From Bacteroidia bacterium (GTDB lineage Bacteria; Bacteroidota; Bacteroidia; Palsa-965), in the NCBI GenBank assembly GCA_025454955.1, contig JALONL010000003.1, forward strand, positions 271,426 to 335,425: a stretch of DNA of 64,000 nt, given 5' to 3'. The number at the start of each line of letters is the position of its first letter. Positions within the stretch are counted from its first letter, which is position 1. This document shows, in pieces, positions 20,447 through 28,865 of the stretch. The notes beneath the pieces were generated by a model. That model had not been told where the DNA came from. It saw only the letters and a list, made by a program, of their open reading frames with translations, and did no database searches. The translations under genes were made by a program, and so were the position numbers.

Positions 20447-23065
20447 ATGGATACCGGACGTTTATTTTCCTCACTGCTTGCACTGTGTATAGGTGTGTCG
20501 GTGCTTGCCCAAAACGGGTTAAGTACTGTTTCCATGCCTGCACCTTTCAATCCACAGGTATTGCGGAATAAGAATTGTGTGAGTGTGGATCCGGGCGGAC
20601 GTGTGTGGGTGGGATTTCGTGATGTGGGTGCGGGTGTGTGGGACGGTACCAACTGGACGGTTTACGACAATTCTTCTTTTTTTCTCCCCGATAACAACGT
20701 ACAGAGTTTTGGTTTCGACAGCCTGAACGGTGTGTGGGTGGGCACCAACAGCGGCGGTGCGGCTCGTTTCGATGGGGTGAACTGGTTTTTGTTTGATATG
20801 GCCAATTCGGGTCTGCCCGATAATCATGTGAGCAGTATTTTATGCACGGCTTCTGAGATATGGATGGCTACGAATGCCGGTGTGGCCGTGTATAACGGCA
20901 ATACGTGGAGCGTAATGAATATGGCCAACTCGGGACTGGCTTCGGATACGGTAACTGCGCTTACAATTGGTTTGAATGGTGTGGTGTGGGCGGCTACCAA
21001 CGGCGGCTTGTGCAGCTACCAGGGCAACTGGCAAACGCATGTGCCCGGATTGTTTCGCACGGTGGCCTGCGACAGTTCGGGAGTGGTATGGGCTTCGGAT
21101 GCGGCTATGGTTTGGGTGCAAAATGGGTCATCGTTTATTCGCATTAACCAAAAATACTCGTTCGATTACGCCGGTTTTACAGGCACATCGGCAATTACCG
21201 CTGATCGTTCGGGCGTGTGGTTTACGCAGCCCAACGATGTGCTTATGAAAATTGACAGCGGTAATGTAAACGTGTATTACCCGGGCGGTTTATTCGGAAC
21301 TGTACAGTGGGTGGCTGCAACTGATACGGGCGTGTATTTAGTTAATTCGTTTACCACGGCCATCACCAGCAATTCGTTTAAACTCCTGCATTTTAATCCG
21401 CAGCCGTATTTAAGCTACGGGCTTGGCTTTACCGCGAATAATCTGCGTAAGCTGAACATCAACGAAGTAAATGCCAATTTGCTCACCCAGGGCGATATGC
21501 ACTGGACGCTGGCGGCTGCCGGATATGAAGTGCCCAAAGGAAGCGGAAAACATTCGGTGTTTTCTTCGGGTTTGTGGATTGGTGGTTTGGACGACCAGGA
21601 GGAACTTCATCTGGCCGCCATGACTTACCGGCAATCGGGTGTTGATTTTTATCCCGGCTCCATAGATACGGTAACGCTTACCAGCACGGTGGCCAACGCC
21701 TCACAGTACGACCGTGTGTGGCTGGTTACGGCATACGAAATAAGCGAACTGCAATGGCGTTTTGCCAATGGACAGCTTCAGAGCGGCAGCTATACACCTC
21801 CGGCCGATTTGCGTGAATGGCCGGCAAGTGGCAATGGCAATTATTCGCGTGCGCTGGCTCCGTTTGTGGATGCCAATGGCGACGGGCTGTATTCGGTATA
21901 TGATGGCGATTATCCGCGTATTAAAGGCGATCAGTATGCCTGGTGGGTGTTTAACGATGTGATGCTGCCGCACACCGAAGGCGACGAAAAAGCATTGGGC
22001 GTGGAAGTTCATGCCGAGGCATGGGCGTATTCCTGCAATCTTTTGCCCGATTCGCTGCGCGATGTGAATTACACCACGTTTTACCAGTTTGCCTTCATCA
22101 ACAGATCGGATACGAATTATCACCACACATCTATTACTTATTATCAGGACTGCGATATGGGCAACTGGCAGGACGACTGGATTGGCAGCCGTCCGGAACA
22201 GAATTTCATATACGTGACCAATGGCGATAATGATGATTCGGATCCGAATTATCCCAATTACGGTTTATATCCTCCGCAAACGGCCACGGTATTTCTGGGC
22301 GGCCCGCCTGCTGTGGCGGGCGACAGTATCGACAACAACAACAATGGAATTACCGATGAACCCGGCGAAGAAAACAGGTTAACGGGTGTAATGATGTCGG
22401 GCCAGCCGGCTCCTTTTTTTAATGCGGCTGCGGGAACCCATTACTCCTACATGAACATGATATGGCCCGATAGTTCACAGCTTTCGGTGGGCGGAAATTT
22501 TGGGTACGGAGGCACCACGCCCACACGGTTTTTATTTCCCGATCCGCTTTACGACACCACCGGCTGGAATGAAAATACGGCAGGCAATGCACCTTTCGAC
22601 AGGCGTTTTTACTCCACCTGCGGGCCGTTCGATCTGGCTTCGGGCGATACGGCTGTGTTTACCTTTGCCATTATTACGCATTTCGATTCGGTGAATGCGT
22701 GGGGCACTAAACCTTACTACACCGGATTGGATACGGCGGTGATGCGTGTCGAAAACTGGTATCGGCAGAATGAGACTACGGCGTGTTTGCCTTTGTTCAA
22801 CAGTATTACGGAGAATGCAGTGTCGTCGCAGCCGCTGCTTCGTTTGCAGCCCAATCCGGCTCACGAGGTATTGTTTGTGCAGCACGAATTTGGTGAGGAG
22901 CCGGTTACCGTGCAGGTTGTTGACCTTGCCGGGCGCACGCTGCTGCACGCGCGGCATACCGGATCTGTATTTCAGTTGGGTGTGAGCAGTTTGCCTACGG
23001 GTATGTATGTGGTGCGTGTGAGCAATGGTGCTGAAACTGCCGCCGCAAGGTTTGTGAAGGATTAG
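20447..23065 (+). CDS. Paralog of the 17686-20340 product: Reg_prop-like beta-propeller, calcium-binding-like segment and T9SS type-A C-terminal domain
   Basis: Same architecture as the upstream gene. It shares the block EVPKGSGKHSVFSSGLWIGGLDDQEELHLAAMTYRQSGVDFYPGSIDTV. C-terminus LQPNPAHEVLFVQHEF...VVDLAGRTL...GMYVVRVSNGAETAAARFVKD. Confidence 0.8.
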   Translation: MDTGRLFSSLLALCIGVSVLAQNGLSTVSMPAPFNPQVLRNKNCVSVDPGGRVWVGFRDVGAGVWDGTNWTVYDNSSFFLPDNNVQSFGFDSLNGVWVGTNSGGAARFDGVNWFLFDMANSGLPDNHVSSILCTASEIWMATNAGVAVYNGNTWSVMNMANSGLASDTVTALTIGLNGVVWAATNGGLCSYQGNWQTHVPGLFRTVACDSSGVVWASDAAMVWVQNGSSFIRINQKYSFDYAGFTGTSAITADRSGVWFTQPNDVLMKIDSGNVNVYYPGGLFGTVQWVAATDTGVYLVNSFTTAITSNSFKLLHFNPQPYLSYGLGFTANNLRKLNINEVNANLLTQGDMHWTLAAAGYEVPKGSGKHSVFSSGLWIGGLDDQEELHLAAMTYRQSGVDFYPGSIDTVTLTSTVANASQYDRVWLVTAYEISELQWRFANGQLQSGSYTPPADLREWPASGNGNYSRALAPFVDANGDGLYSVYDGDYPRIKGDQYAWWVFNDVMLPHTEGDEKALGVEVHAEAWAYSCNLLPDSLRDVNYTTFYQFAFINRSDTNYHHTSITYYQDCDMGNWQDDWIGSRPEQNFIYVTNGDNDDSDPNYPNYGLYPPQTATVFLGGPPAVAGDSIDNNNNGITDEPGEENRLTGVMMSGQPAPFFNAAAGTHYSYMNMIWPDSSQLSVGGNFGYGGTTPTRFLFPDPLYDTTGWNENTAGNAPFDRRFYSTCGPFDLASGDTAVFTFAIITHFDSVNAWGTKPYYTGLDTAVMRVENWYRQNETTACLPLFNSITENAVSSQPLLRLQPNPAHEVLFVQHEFGEEPVTVQVVDLAGRTLLHARHTGSVFQLGVSSLPTGMYVVRVSNGAETAAARFVKD

Positions 23066-23074
23066 CGTGAGTGC

Positions 23075-23587
23075 GTGGGCGAAATGAGTAATTTCGTGCC
23101 ACGCTTACACACTATGTTTACCATCCGCAAAGCCGTGGCAGAAGATATGCCTGCCGTTTTCGAACTCATCATGGAGCTGGCCGTTTACGAAAAAGCGCCG
23201 CACGAAGTAATTAACTCGCCCCAGCAGCTTGTGGCCGATGGTTTTGGTCCGCAGCCTTTGTTTGGCTGTTTTGTGGCCGAATACGAAGGCCGCATTGTGG
23301 GCATTTCGCTTTACTACTGGCGTTATTCTACCTGGAAAGCCAAACGGCTTTATCTCGAAGACATTATCGTAACCGATGCCATGCGCGGCAAGGGTTTAGG
23401 CAAACTGCTCATGGACCGCACCCTGCAGCACACGCTCGACGAAGGCTGCTCGGGCATACTCTGGCAGGTGCTCGACTGGAACGAACCGGCCATAAATTTT
23501 TACAAAAAGTACAATGCAAATTTCAGCAGCGAGTGGCTCAACGTATCGCTCGAAGCCGATGAAATAAAACAATTGCTCCAAAAATAA
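23075..23587 (+). CDS. GNAT-family N-acetyltransferase
   Basis: Acetyl-CoA binding motif region RGKGLGKLLM. The start may be the internal Met at 23114 (MFTIRKAVAEDMPAVFELI). Confidence 0.7.
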   Translation: MGEMSNFVPRLHTMFTIRKAVAEDMPAVFELIMELAVYEKAPHEVINSPQQLVADGFGPQPLFGCFVAEYEGRIVGISLYYWRYSTWKAKRLYLEDIIVTDAMRGKGLGKLLMDRTLQHTLDEGCSGILWQVLDWNEPAINFYKKYNANFSSEWLNVSLEADEIKQLLQK

Positions 23588-23601
23588 TTCCACCTCACCG
23601 C

Positions 23602-24882
23602 ATGAAAGTGTTCAAGTTTGGCGGCGCTTCTGTAAAGGATGCCGCAGCAGTGAAAAATGTTGCAGGAATACTCAGCACCTATTCCGGAGAACCGCTGGTG
23701 GTGGTGGTTTCGGCAATGGGCAAAACTACCAATGCCCTCGAACGCCTTGCCGATTCGTACTTCAAAGGCGATACAGAAACTGCACAGAAAGTACTTGACG
23801 AAGTGCGCGAATATCACACCGGAATTCTGAACGGACTTTTTGAAGATAAAGCACACGGCGTGTTTAACGATATTCACAACACACTCGTGGAACTGGAGTG
23901 GGTAATTGAAGATCAGCCCACACACGAGTTCGATTGCGAATACGATCAGATTGTTTCGGTGGGCGAATTGCTTTCCACAAAAATTGTAAGCCATTACCTC
24001 ACACACTCCGGCATTGTCAACCGCTGGCAGGATGTGCGCGACTGGATTAAAACCGACAACACTTACCGCGAAGCCAAAGTAGATTGGACACTTACCCAAC
24101 AGTGCATCCGCGAAACGTTGGTGCCTTACATGTCTGGCAGCAATCCGGCTCCGGTAATTACGCAGGGCTTTCTGGGTGTAACTTCCGAAAACTTTACCAC
24201 CACGCTCGGGCGCGAAGGGTCGGACTATACCGCCGCCATTATTGCCTATTGCATGGATGCCGAAAGTGTGACAATATGGAAAGATGTGCCCGGCGTATTA
24301 AACGCCGATCCGAAATGGTTTGACAATACCGAACTCATTCCGCAGTTGTCTTATCAGGATGCCATTGAGCTTACGTATTATGGTGCCACGGTAATTCACC
24401 CCAAAACCATTAAGCCGCTTCAAAACAAAAATATTCCGCTGCAGGTGCGCTCTTTTGTGAAGCCCGAAGCGGCCGGAACGGTAATTCATGGCGGACAGGT
24501 GCCGCTGCCGGTTCCGTGTTTTATTTTTAAAATGGATCAGGTGCTGTTGTCTATTGCGCCAAAAGATTTTTCGTTCATTGTGGAAGAAAACCTGAGCCGG
24601 ATTTTCGGACTTTTCAGCGAACACGGTATTCATCTTAACATGATGCAAAACTCGGCCCTTCGTTTTTCGGTGGTAATTGATAACAACGCGCGGCGGATTT
24701 CGGGATTGATTGAAATCCTGCGCAGGGATTTTCAGGTGCTTAAGAACGAAAATCTTGAATTGGTTACTATCCGCCACTACAATCAGGCTACGCTCGACCG
24801 GGTTACGGTGGGGAAAGATCTTCTGCTGGAGGTAAAAAGCCGTTATACGGCGCAAATTGTAATGAAAAACAGTAATCTGTAA
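23602..24882 (+). CDS. lysC: Aspartate kinase
   Basis: N-terminus MKVFKFGGASVKD and VVVVSAMGKTTNAL, the amino-acid kinase family signature. C-terminal ACT-like region. Confidence 0.9.
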   Translation: MKVFKFGGASVKDAAAVKNVAGILSTYSGEPLVVVVSAMGKTTNALERLADSYFKGDTETAQKVLDEVREYHTGILNGLFEDKAHGVFNDIHNTLVELEWVIEDQPTHEFDCEYDQIVSVGELLSTKIVSHYLTHSGIVNRWQDVRDWIKTDNTYREAKVDWTLTQQCIRETLVPYMSGSNPAPVITQGFLGVTSENFTTTLGREGSDYTAAIIAYCMDAESVTIWKDVPGVLNADPKWFDNTELIPQLSYQDAIELTYYGATVIHPKTIKPLQNKNIPLQVRSFVKPEAAGTVIHGGQVPLPVPCFIFKMDQVLLSIAPKDFSFIVEENLSRIFGLFSEHGIHLNMMQNSALRFSVVIDNNARRISGLIEILRRDFQVLKNENLELVTIRHYNQATLDRVTVGKDLLLEVKSRYTAQIVMKNSNL

Positions 24883-24952
24883 TCTCTTTAAACTGATTTC
24901 ACCCGTCGATATTGAGTTGCTTTATTATCTTTGCACTTAACCTCAATTACCC

Positions 24953-25333
24953 ATGAGCAGATTGTTTATTCCCGGAACAAATAGTACTGCGCAGGTCGAT
25001 TTCGACCGCGATGCGGGTACTATGTCGATTACCGGCGTATCAATCCCCGAAAATGCCGATCAGTTTTTTAAGCCGCTTCACGAATGGGCCGATACACTCA
25101 TTAAGTCTTATTCGGGCAATATAAAACTCACCCTTTGTCTTACCTATTTCAATACCACCACGGTAAGGCATTTGCTTCCTTTTATGCAGCGGCTTATTCA
25201 GCATTTCCGCAATTCTCTGGCAGTGGTGTGGCAATACGAAGAAGACGATGAGGAATTGCTCGAGCGAGGCGAGGAACTGAGCGATGTACTTCAGTTTAAA
25301 TTCGAGTACGAAGCGTTGCCGGTAGAAGATTAA
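24953..25333 (+). CDS. DUF1987-family protein (SiaC-like regulatory phosphoprotein)
   Basis: 126 aa. MSRLFIPGTNSTAQVDFDRDAGTMSITGVSIPENADQFFKPLHEWADTL and LTYFNTTTVRHL resemble the SiaC/DUF1987 pattern (...IPGT.STP.V.FD...G.L.I.G.S.PEN... and the LYLNTSS phosphosite region). This assignment comes from recall and was not searched. Confidence 0.45.
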   Translation: MSRLFIPGTNSTAQVDFDRDAGTMSITGVSIPENADQFFKPLHEWADTLIKSYSGNIKLTLCLTYFNTTTVRHLLPFMQRLIQHFRNSLAVVWQYEEDDEELLERGEELSDVLQFKFEYEALPVED

Positions 25334-26274
25334 CCGGTAAGCGCATTTATTATTTTCTGCGCCAGCACTTTCCCTATTTTTTCGTGGCTTTCAAATGTCC
25401 AGCCTGCAATGTGAGGCGAGAGCAGCACTTTGTCTGACTGTATGAGATATTGCATGGGAGCGGGCAGGGCAGTGGCATCAATGGCTTCGAACGATACTTT
25501 TTCGTATTCGAGCACATCGAGGCAGGCGCCGCGCACGGTGCCCTGCTGCAAATGCTTTACCAGTGCAGCCGTGTCGAGTACTTTGCCGCGGGCGCTGTTG
25601 ATGAGCCACAGCGGTTTGCGAAACGCACTGAGGAAAGCATCGTTTACCATATACTCCGTTTCGGGAGTGAGCGGTATGTGCAGGCTGAGCACATCGGCCT
25701 GGGCAAAAATTTCTTCGGGGCTGCTTTCTTTCACAAACTCATTGCCGAAGCCGGTTTTGTATTTGTCGTAAGCCAGCACATTTACCTCAAACCCGCGAAG
25801 CCGCTGCGCAAATGCCGAGCCCATATTTCCGTAGCCGATAATGCCCACTGTTTTCCCGCCCAGTTCGTAGCCGCGGTTGCCTTCGCGTATCCATTTTCCG
25901 GTGCGCACTTCGCGGTCGGCGCGGGCAAGGTTGTTCATGAGTGCCAGCAACATGCCTAAAGCTTGTTCGCCCACCGCATCGCGGTTACCTTCGGGAGCAT
26001 GTACACAGGCTATGCCGCGCGCCTGGGCGTAAGCCACATCAATGTTTTCCATTCCCGCCCCGGCGCGGGCAATGCACTTCAGATCGGGCGAGGCATTAAT
26101 GAAAGCAGCATCGAGCTTAAAACGGCTGCGTATTACCACGCCATGATAGCCACTCATGCGCTGCTGCACTTCTTCTTTGGAAAGGGAATATTCTTCATCG
26201 CACTCAAACCCTGCGCCACGCAGCATTTCAAGCATTACCGGATGATTGGTGTCGAGAAAGAGAATGCGTTTCAT
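25330..26274 (-). CDS. D-isomer-specific 2-hydroxyacid dehydrogenase family (phosphoglycerate-dehydrogenase-like, NAD-binding)
   Basis: Rossmann GxGxxG motif in GKTVGIIGYGNMGSAF, and a catalytic-domain pattern with a conserved His near the C-terminus (SPHIAGWT). Confidence 0.8.
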   Translation of the reverse strand: MKRILFLDTNHPVMLEMLRGAGFECDEEYSLSKEEVQQRMSGYHGVVIRSRFKLDAAFINASPDLKCIARAGAGMENIDVAYAQARGIACVHAPEGNRDAVGEQALGMLLALMNNLARADREVRTGKWIREGNRGYELGGKTVGIIGYGNMGSAFAQRLRGFEVNVLAYDKYKTGFGNEFVKESSPEEIFAQADVLSLHIPLTPETEYMVNDAFLSAFRKPLWLINSARGKVLDTAALVKHLQQGTVRGACLDVLEYEKVSFEAIDATALPAPMQYLIQSDKVLLSPHIAGWTFESHEKIGKVLAQKIINALTG

Positions 26275-26278
26275 TGCG

Positions 26279-27673
26279 TCAGAGCAAAGTGCCGTCGAGC
26301 AAAGCTACCGAAATGGAGAAATAAATAAGCAATCCGGTAACGTCAACCAACGTGGCCACAAACGGAGCCGAGGAAACCGCCGGATCAAGCCCGAGCCTTT
26401 TAAGAAACAGCGGAAGCAGCGAGCCGGCCAGACAGCCCCACAATACCACAAACGTAAGCGTAATGCCCAGTGTGAGTCCAATCTGCAGCCAGTATGGCCC
26501 GTAATCATCCACGAAATTCGACCAGATGGCTATGCGCAGGAAACCGATAATTCCCAGAATCAATCCAAGCACTAATCCCGACTTGAATTCTTTTTTTACA
26601 ATAGTCACCCAGTCGCGTATGGTAATTTCGCCCAGGGCCAGTGCACGGATGATAAGCGATGTAGCCTGCGAGCCGCTGTTTCCGCCACTCGAAATAATAA
26701 GCGGCATAAACACGGCCAGTATTACGGCCTTCTGAATTTTATCGTCGAAAAAGCTGAGTGCCGTGGCGGTAAGCGTTTCGCCCACAAACAGCACCACCAG
26801 CCAGCCCACACGTTTGCGGATCATTCGCCAGAAAGGCGTGCTCATGTAGGGTTCTTCGAGTGCTTCCACACCACCCATTTTCTGCACGTCTTCGGTGTTT
26901 TCCTCGCGAATAAGATCTACCACATCGTCAAACGTAATGCGGCCCACCAAACGTCCCAGCGAGTCGGTTACGGGAATCACCACGAGGTCGTATTTGTCCA
27001 TGAGTTTGGCCACTTCCTCCACGGGTGTGTGTGTGCGTACGCTTATTACGTTTGGGTTGCATACCTCGCGCACGGGCGAGTTGAGCGGTTTGGTGAGAAG
27101 ACTTTTGAGCGAGAGCAGACCCACCAATTTCTCGTCTTCATCCACCACGTAAATGGTATAAACAATTTCAACCTCCTCAGCCTGCCGGCGAATTTCGCGC
27201 ACGGCTTCGCGCACGGTTTTGTCGATGTGTACGCGCACCGTTTCCTTGCCCATAAGACCACCGGCAGTGTCGGGGTCGAAGTTGAGCAGATCCACAATGT
27301 CGCTGGCCTGGTCAAGGTCTTCTACGTGTTGCAGAATTTCGTCCTGCTGCGCATCGGGAAGTTCGGCCAGTACGTAGGCGGCATCGTCTGAGTCGAGGTT
27401 GTCGATTACCTGCTCGGCAATTTCTTTTGGCGAAAGTCCTTCGAGTACTTCCTCGCGCCGGTCGTCTTCGAGCAGGAGCAGGGCTTCGGCGGCCACCTCG
27501 TCTTCGAGCAGTCCGTAGGCTTTTACCGTTTCGTCGGTATCGAGGCTGTTGAGGATTTCGGCAGCATCGGCCGGGTGCAGCCCGTGGAAATATCCGCGCA
27601 CCGCATCCTCGTTCCCCGCAGCCAGCGCGGTGCGGAGATCGTCGATGAATGTATCGGTAAGCTGGAATGCCAT
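26279..27673 (-). CDS. mgtE: Magnesium transporter MgtE
   Basis: MgtE N-domain, CBS pair, and a C-terminal transmembrane domain with GGNSGSQATSLIIRAL. Confidence 0.9.
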   Translation of the reverse strand: MAFQLTDTFIDDLRTALAAGNEDAVRGYFHGLHPADAAEILNSLDTDETVKAYGLLEDEVAAEALLLLEDDRREEVLEGLSPKEIAEQVIDNLDSDDAAYVLAELPDAQQDEILQHVEDLDQASDIVDLLNFDPDTAGGLMGKETVRVHIDKTVREAVREIRRQAEEVEIVYTIYVVDEDEKLVGLLSLKSLLTKPLNSPVREVCNPNVISVRTHTPVEEVAKLMDKYDLVVIPVTDSLGRLVGRITFDDVVDLIREENTEDVQKMGGVEALEEPYMSTPFWRMIRKRVGWLVVLFVGETLTATALSFFDDKIQKAVILAVFMPLIISSGGNSGSQATSLIIRALALGEITIRDWVTIVKKEFKSGLVLGLILGIIGFLRIAIWSNFVDDYGPYWLQIGLTLGITLTFVVLWGCLAGSLLPLFLKRLGLDPAVSSAPFVATLVDVTGLLIYFSISVALLDGTLL

Positions 27674-27750
27674 CGGGTGCAGTTTTGCCGGAGCGGTGCA
27701 AAGGTAGGCAGAAACGGCTTTCGGGCGATAGCCGGTGGCAGTGGTAAAAC

Positions 27751-28542
27751 TTATTTTACATTGGGCCCTCTTTCCTCAAGCATATTGGTGAGGGCCACAA
27801 AATCGGCCACCGACAGCTTTTCGGCCCGGTTGGCAAAGTAGGCGTGGTTTTCGAAGCCGGGTTTAATGGCAAAGGCTTTCACCGCATTGCGCACCGTTTT
27901 GCGACGCTGGTTGAATGCGGCTTTCACCACGGACGTAAACAGCTTTTCGTCGCAGCCCAATTGCTCCGTTTTATTGCGCGTAAGCCTGATTACCGCCGAC
28001 TTTACTTTTGGCGGCGGCGAAAACACATTTTCATGCACCGTAAAGAGGTACTCAATATCAAACCATGCCTGAAGCAGCACGCTGAGAATACCATAAGTTT
28101 TCGATCCCGGCGGTTCGGCCACACGCTCGGCCACTTCTTTCTGAAACATGCCCACCAGTTCGGGCACCTGATTGCGGTGATCGAGTACTTTAAAAAGTAT
28201 CTGCGAAGAAATGTTGTAGGGGAAATTGCCAATTACGGCAAACGATTCGCTGAAATACTGTTCGGGCTTCATGCGCAGAAAATCGCCGGCAATAATGCGC
28301 GGGGCAAGCTCCGGGTAATGCTCCTGCAAATAGGCCACCGATTCGGTATCAATTTCGGCCACCCAGGTTTCAATGTCGGGTTGCTGCAAAAGGTATTTGG
28401 TGAGCACGCCCATGCCGGGGCCAATTTCGAGCACTTTTTTGTAGCTGCCGTTGCGGCGGAGACTTTCGGCTATTTTCCGGGCAATGTTTTCATCGCGCAG
28501 AAAATGCTGGCCAAGGTGTTTTTTTGCGCGTACTGAATTCAT
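27751..28542 (-). CDS. rsmA: 16S rRNA (adenine1518/1519-N6)-dimethyltransferase
   Basis: N-terminus MNSVRAKKHLGQHFLRDENIARKI plus a SAM-binding VLEIGPGMGVLT motif. Confidence 0.9.
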   Translation of the reverse strand: MNSVRAKKHLGQHFLRDENIARKIAESLRRNGSYKKVLEIGPGMGVLTKYLLQQPDIETWVAEIDTESVAYLQEHYPELAPRIIAGDFLRMKPEQYFSESFAVIGNFPYNISSQILFKVLDHRNQVPELVGMFQKEVAERVAEPPGSKTYGILSVLLQAWFDIEYLFTVHENVFSPPPKVKSAVIRLTRNKTEQLGCDEKLFTSVVKAAFNQRRKTVRNAVKAFAIKPGFENHAYFANRAEKLSVADFVALTNMLEERGPNVK

Positions 28543-28562
28543 GCGGCGGTGGTGTGTGGCAA

Positions 28563-28865
28563 TTATTCTACTTCTTCCAGCAATGTGCGGAATGCCACAA
28601 ACTTACCGGCATATTTATTTATTACGTCTTTCTGCAACGCAGGTGCATGGTTGTTTTTATACCGCTCGTAATCGTTCATGCTGGCCGCACGATACTGAAA
28701 CGAATAACTTTTTCCCTGCTGTTCTTCCACATTGATGCGGAAAATGCGGCCCTCGGTAAAACAGCCGGTGGCCAGCACATCGGGTACGTGTACGGTTTTC
28801 ATCCAGTGCAGCCATTCGTCGTGTACATCGTCGTCCACGTTTACGGTTACGTTGTATAAAATCAT
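28563..28865 (-). CDS. DUF4286-family protein
   Basis: 100 aa. The MILYNVTVNVDDDVHDEWLHWM pattern is typical of DUF4286. Confidence 0.55.
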   Translation of the reverse strand: MILYNVTVNVDDDVHDEWLHWMKTVHVPDVLATGCFTEGRIFRINVEEQQGKSYSFQYRAASMNDYERYKNNHAPALQKDVINKYAGKFVAFRTLLEEVE

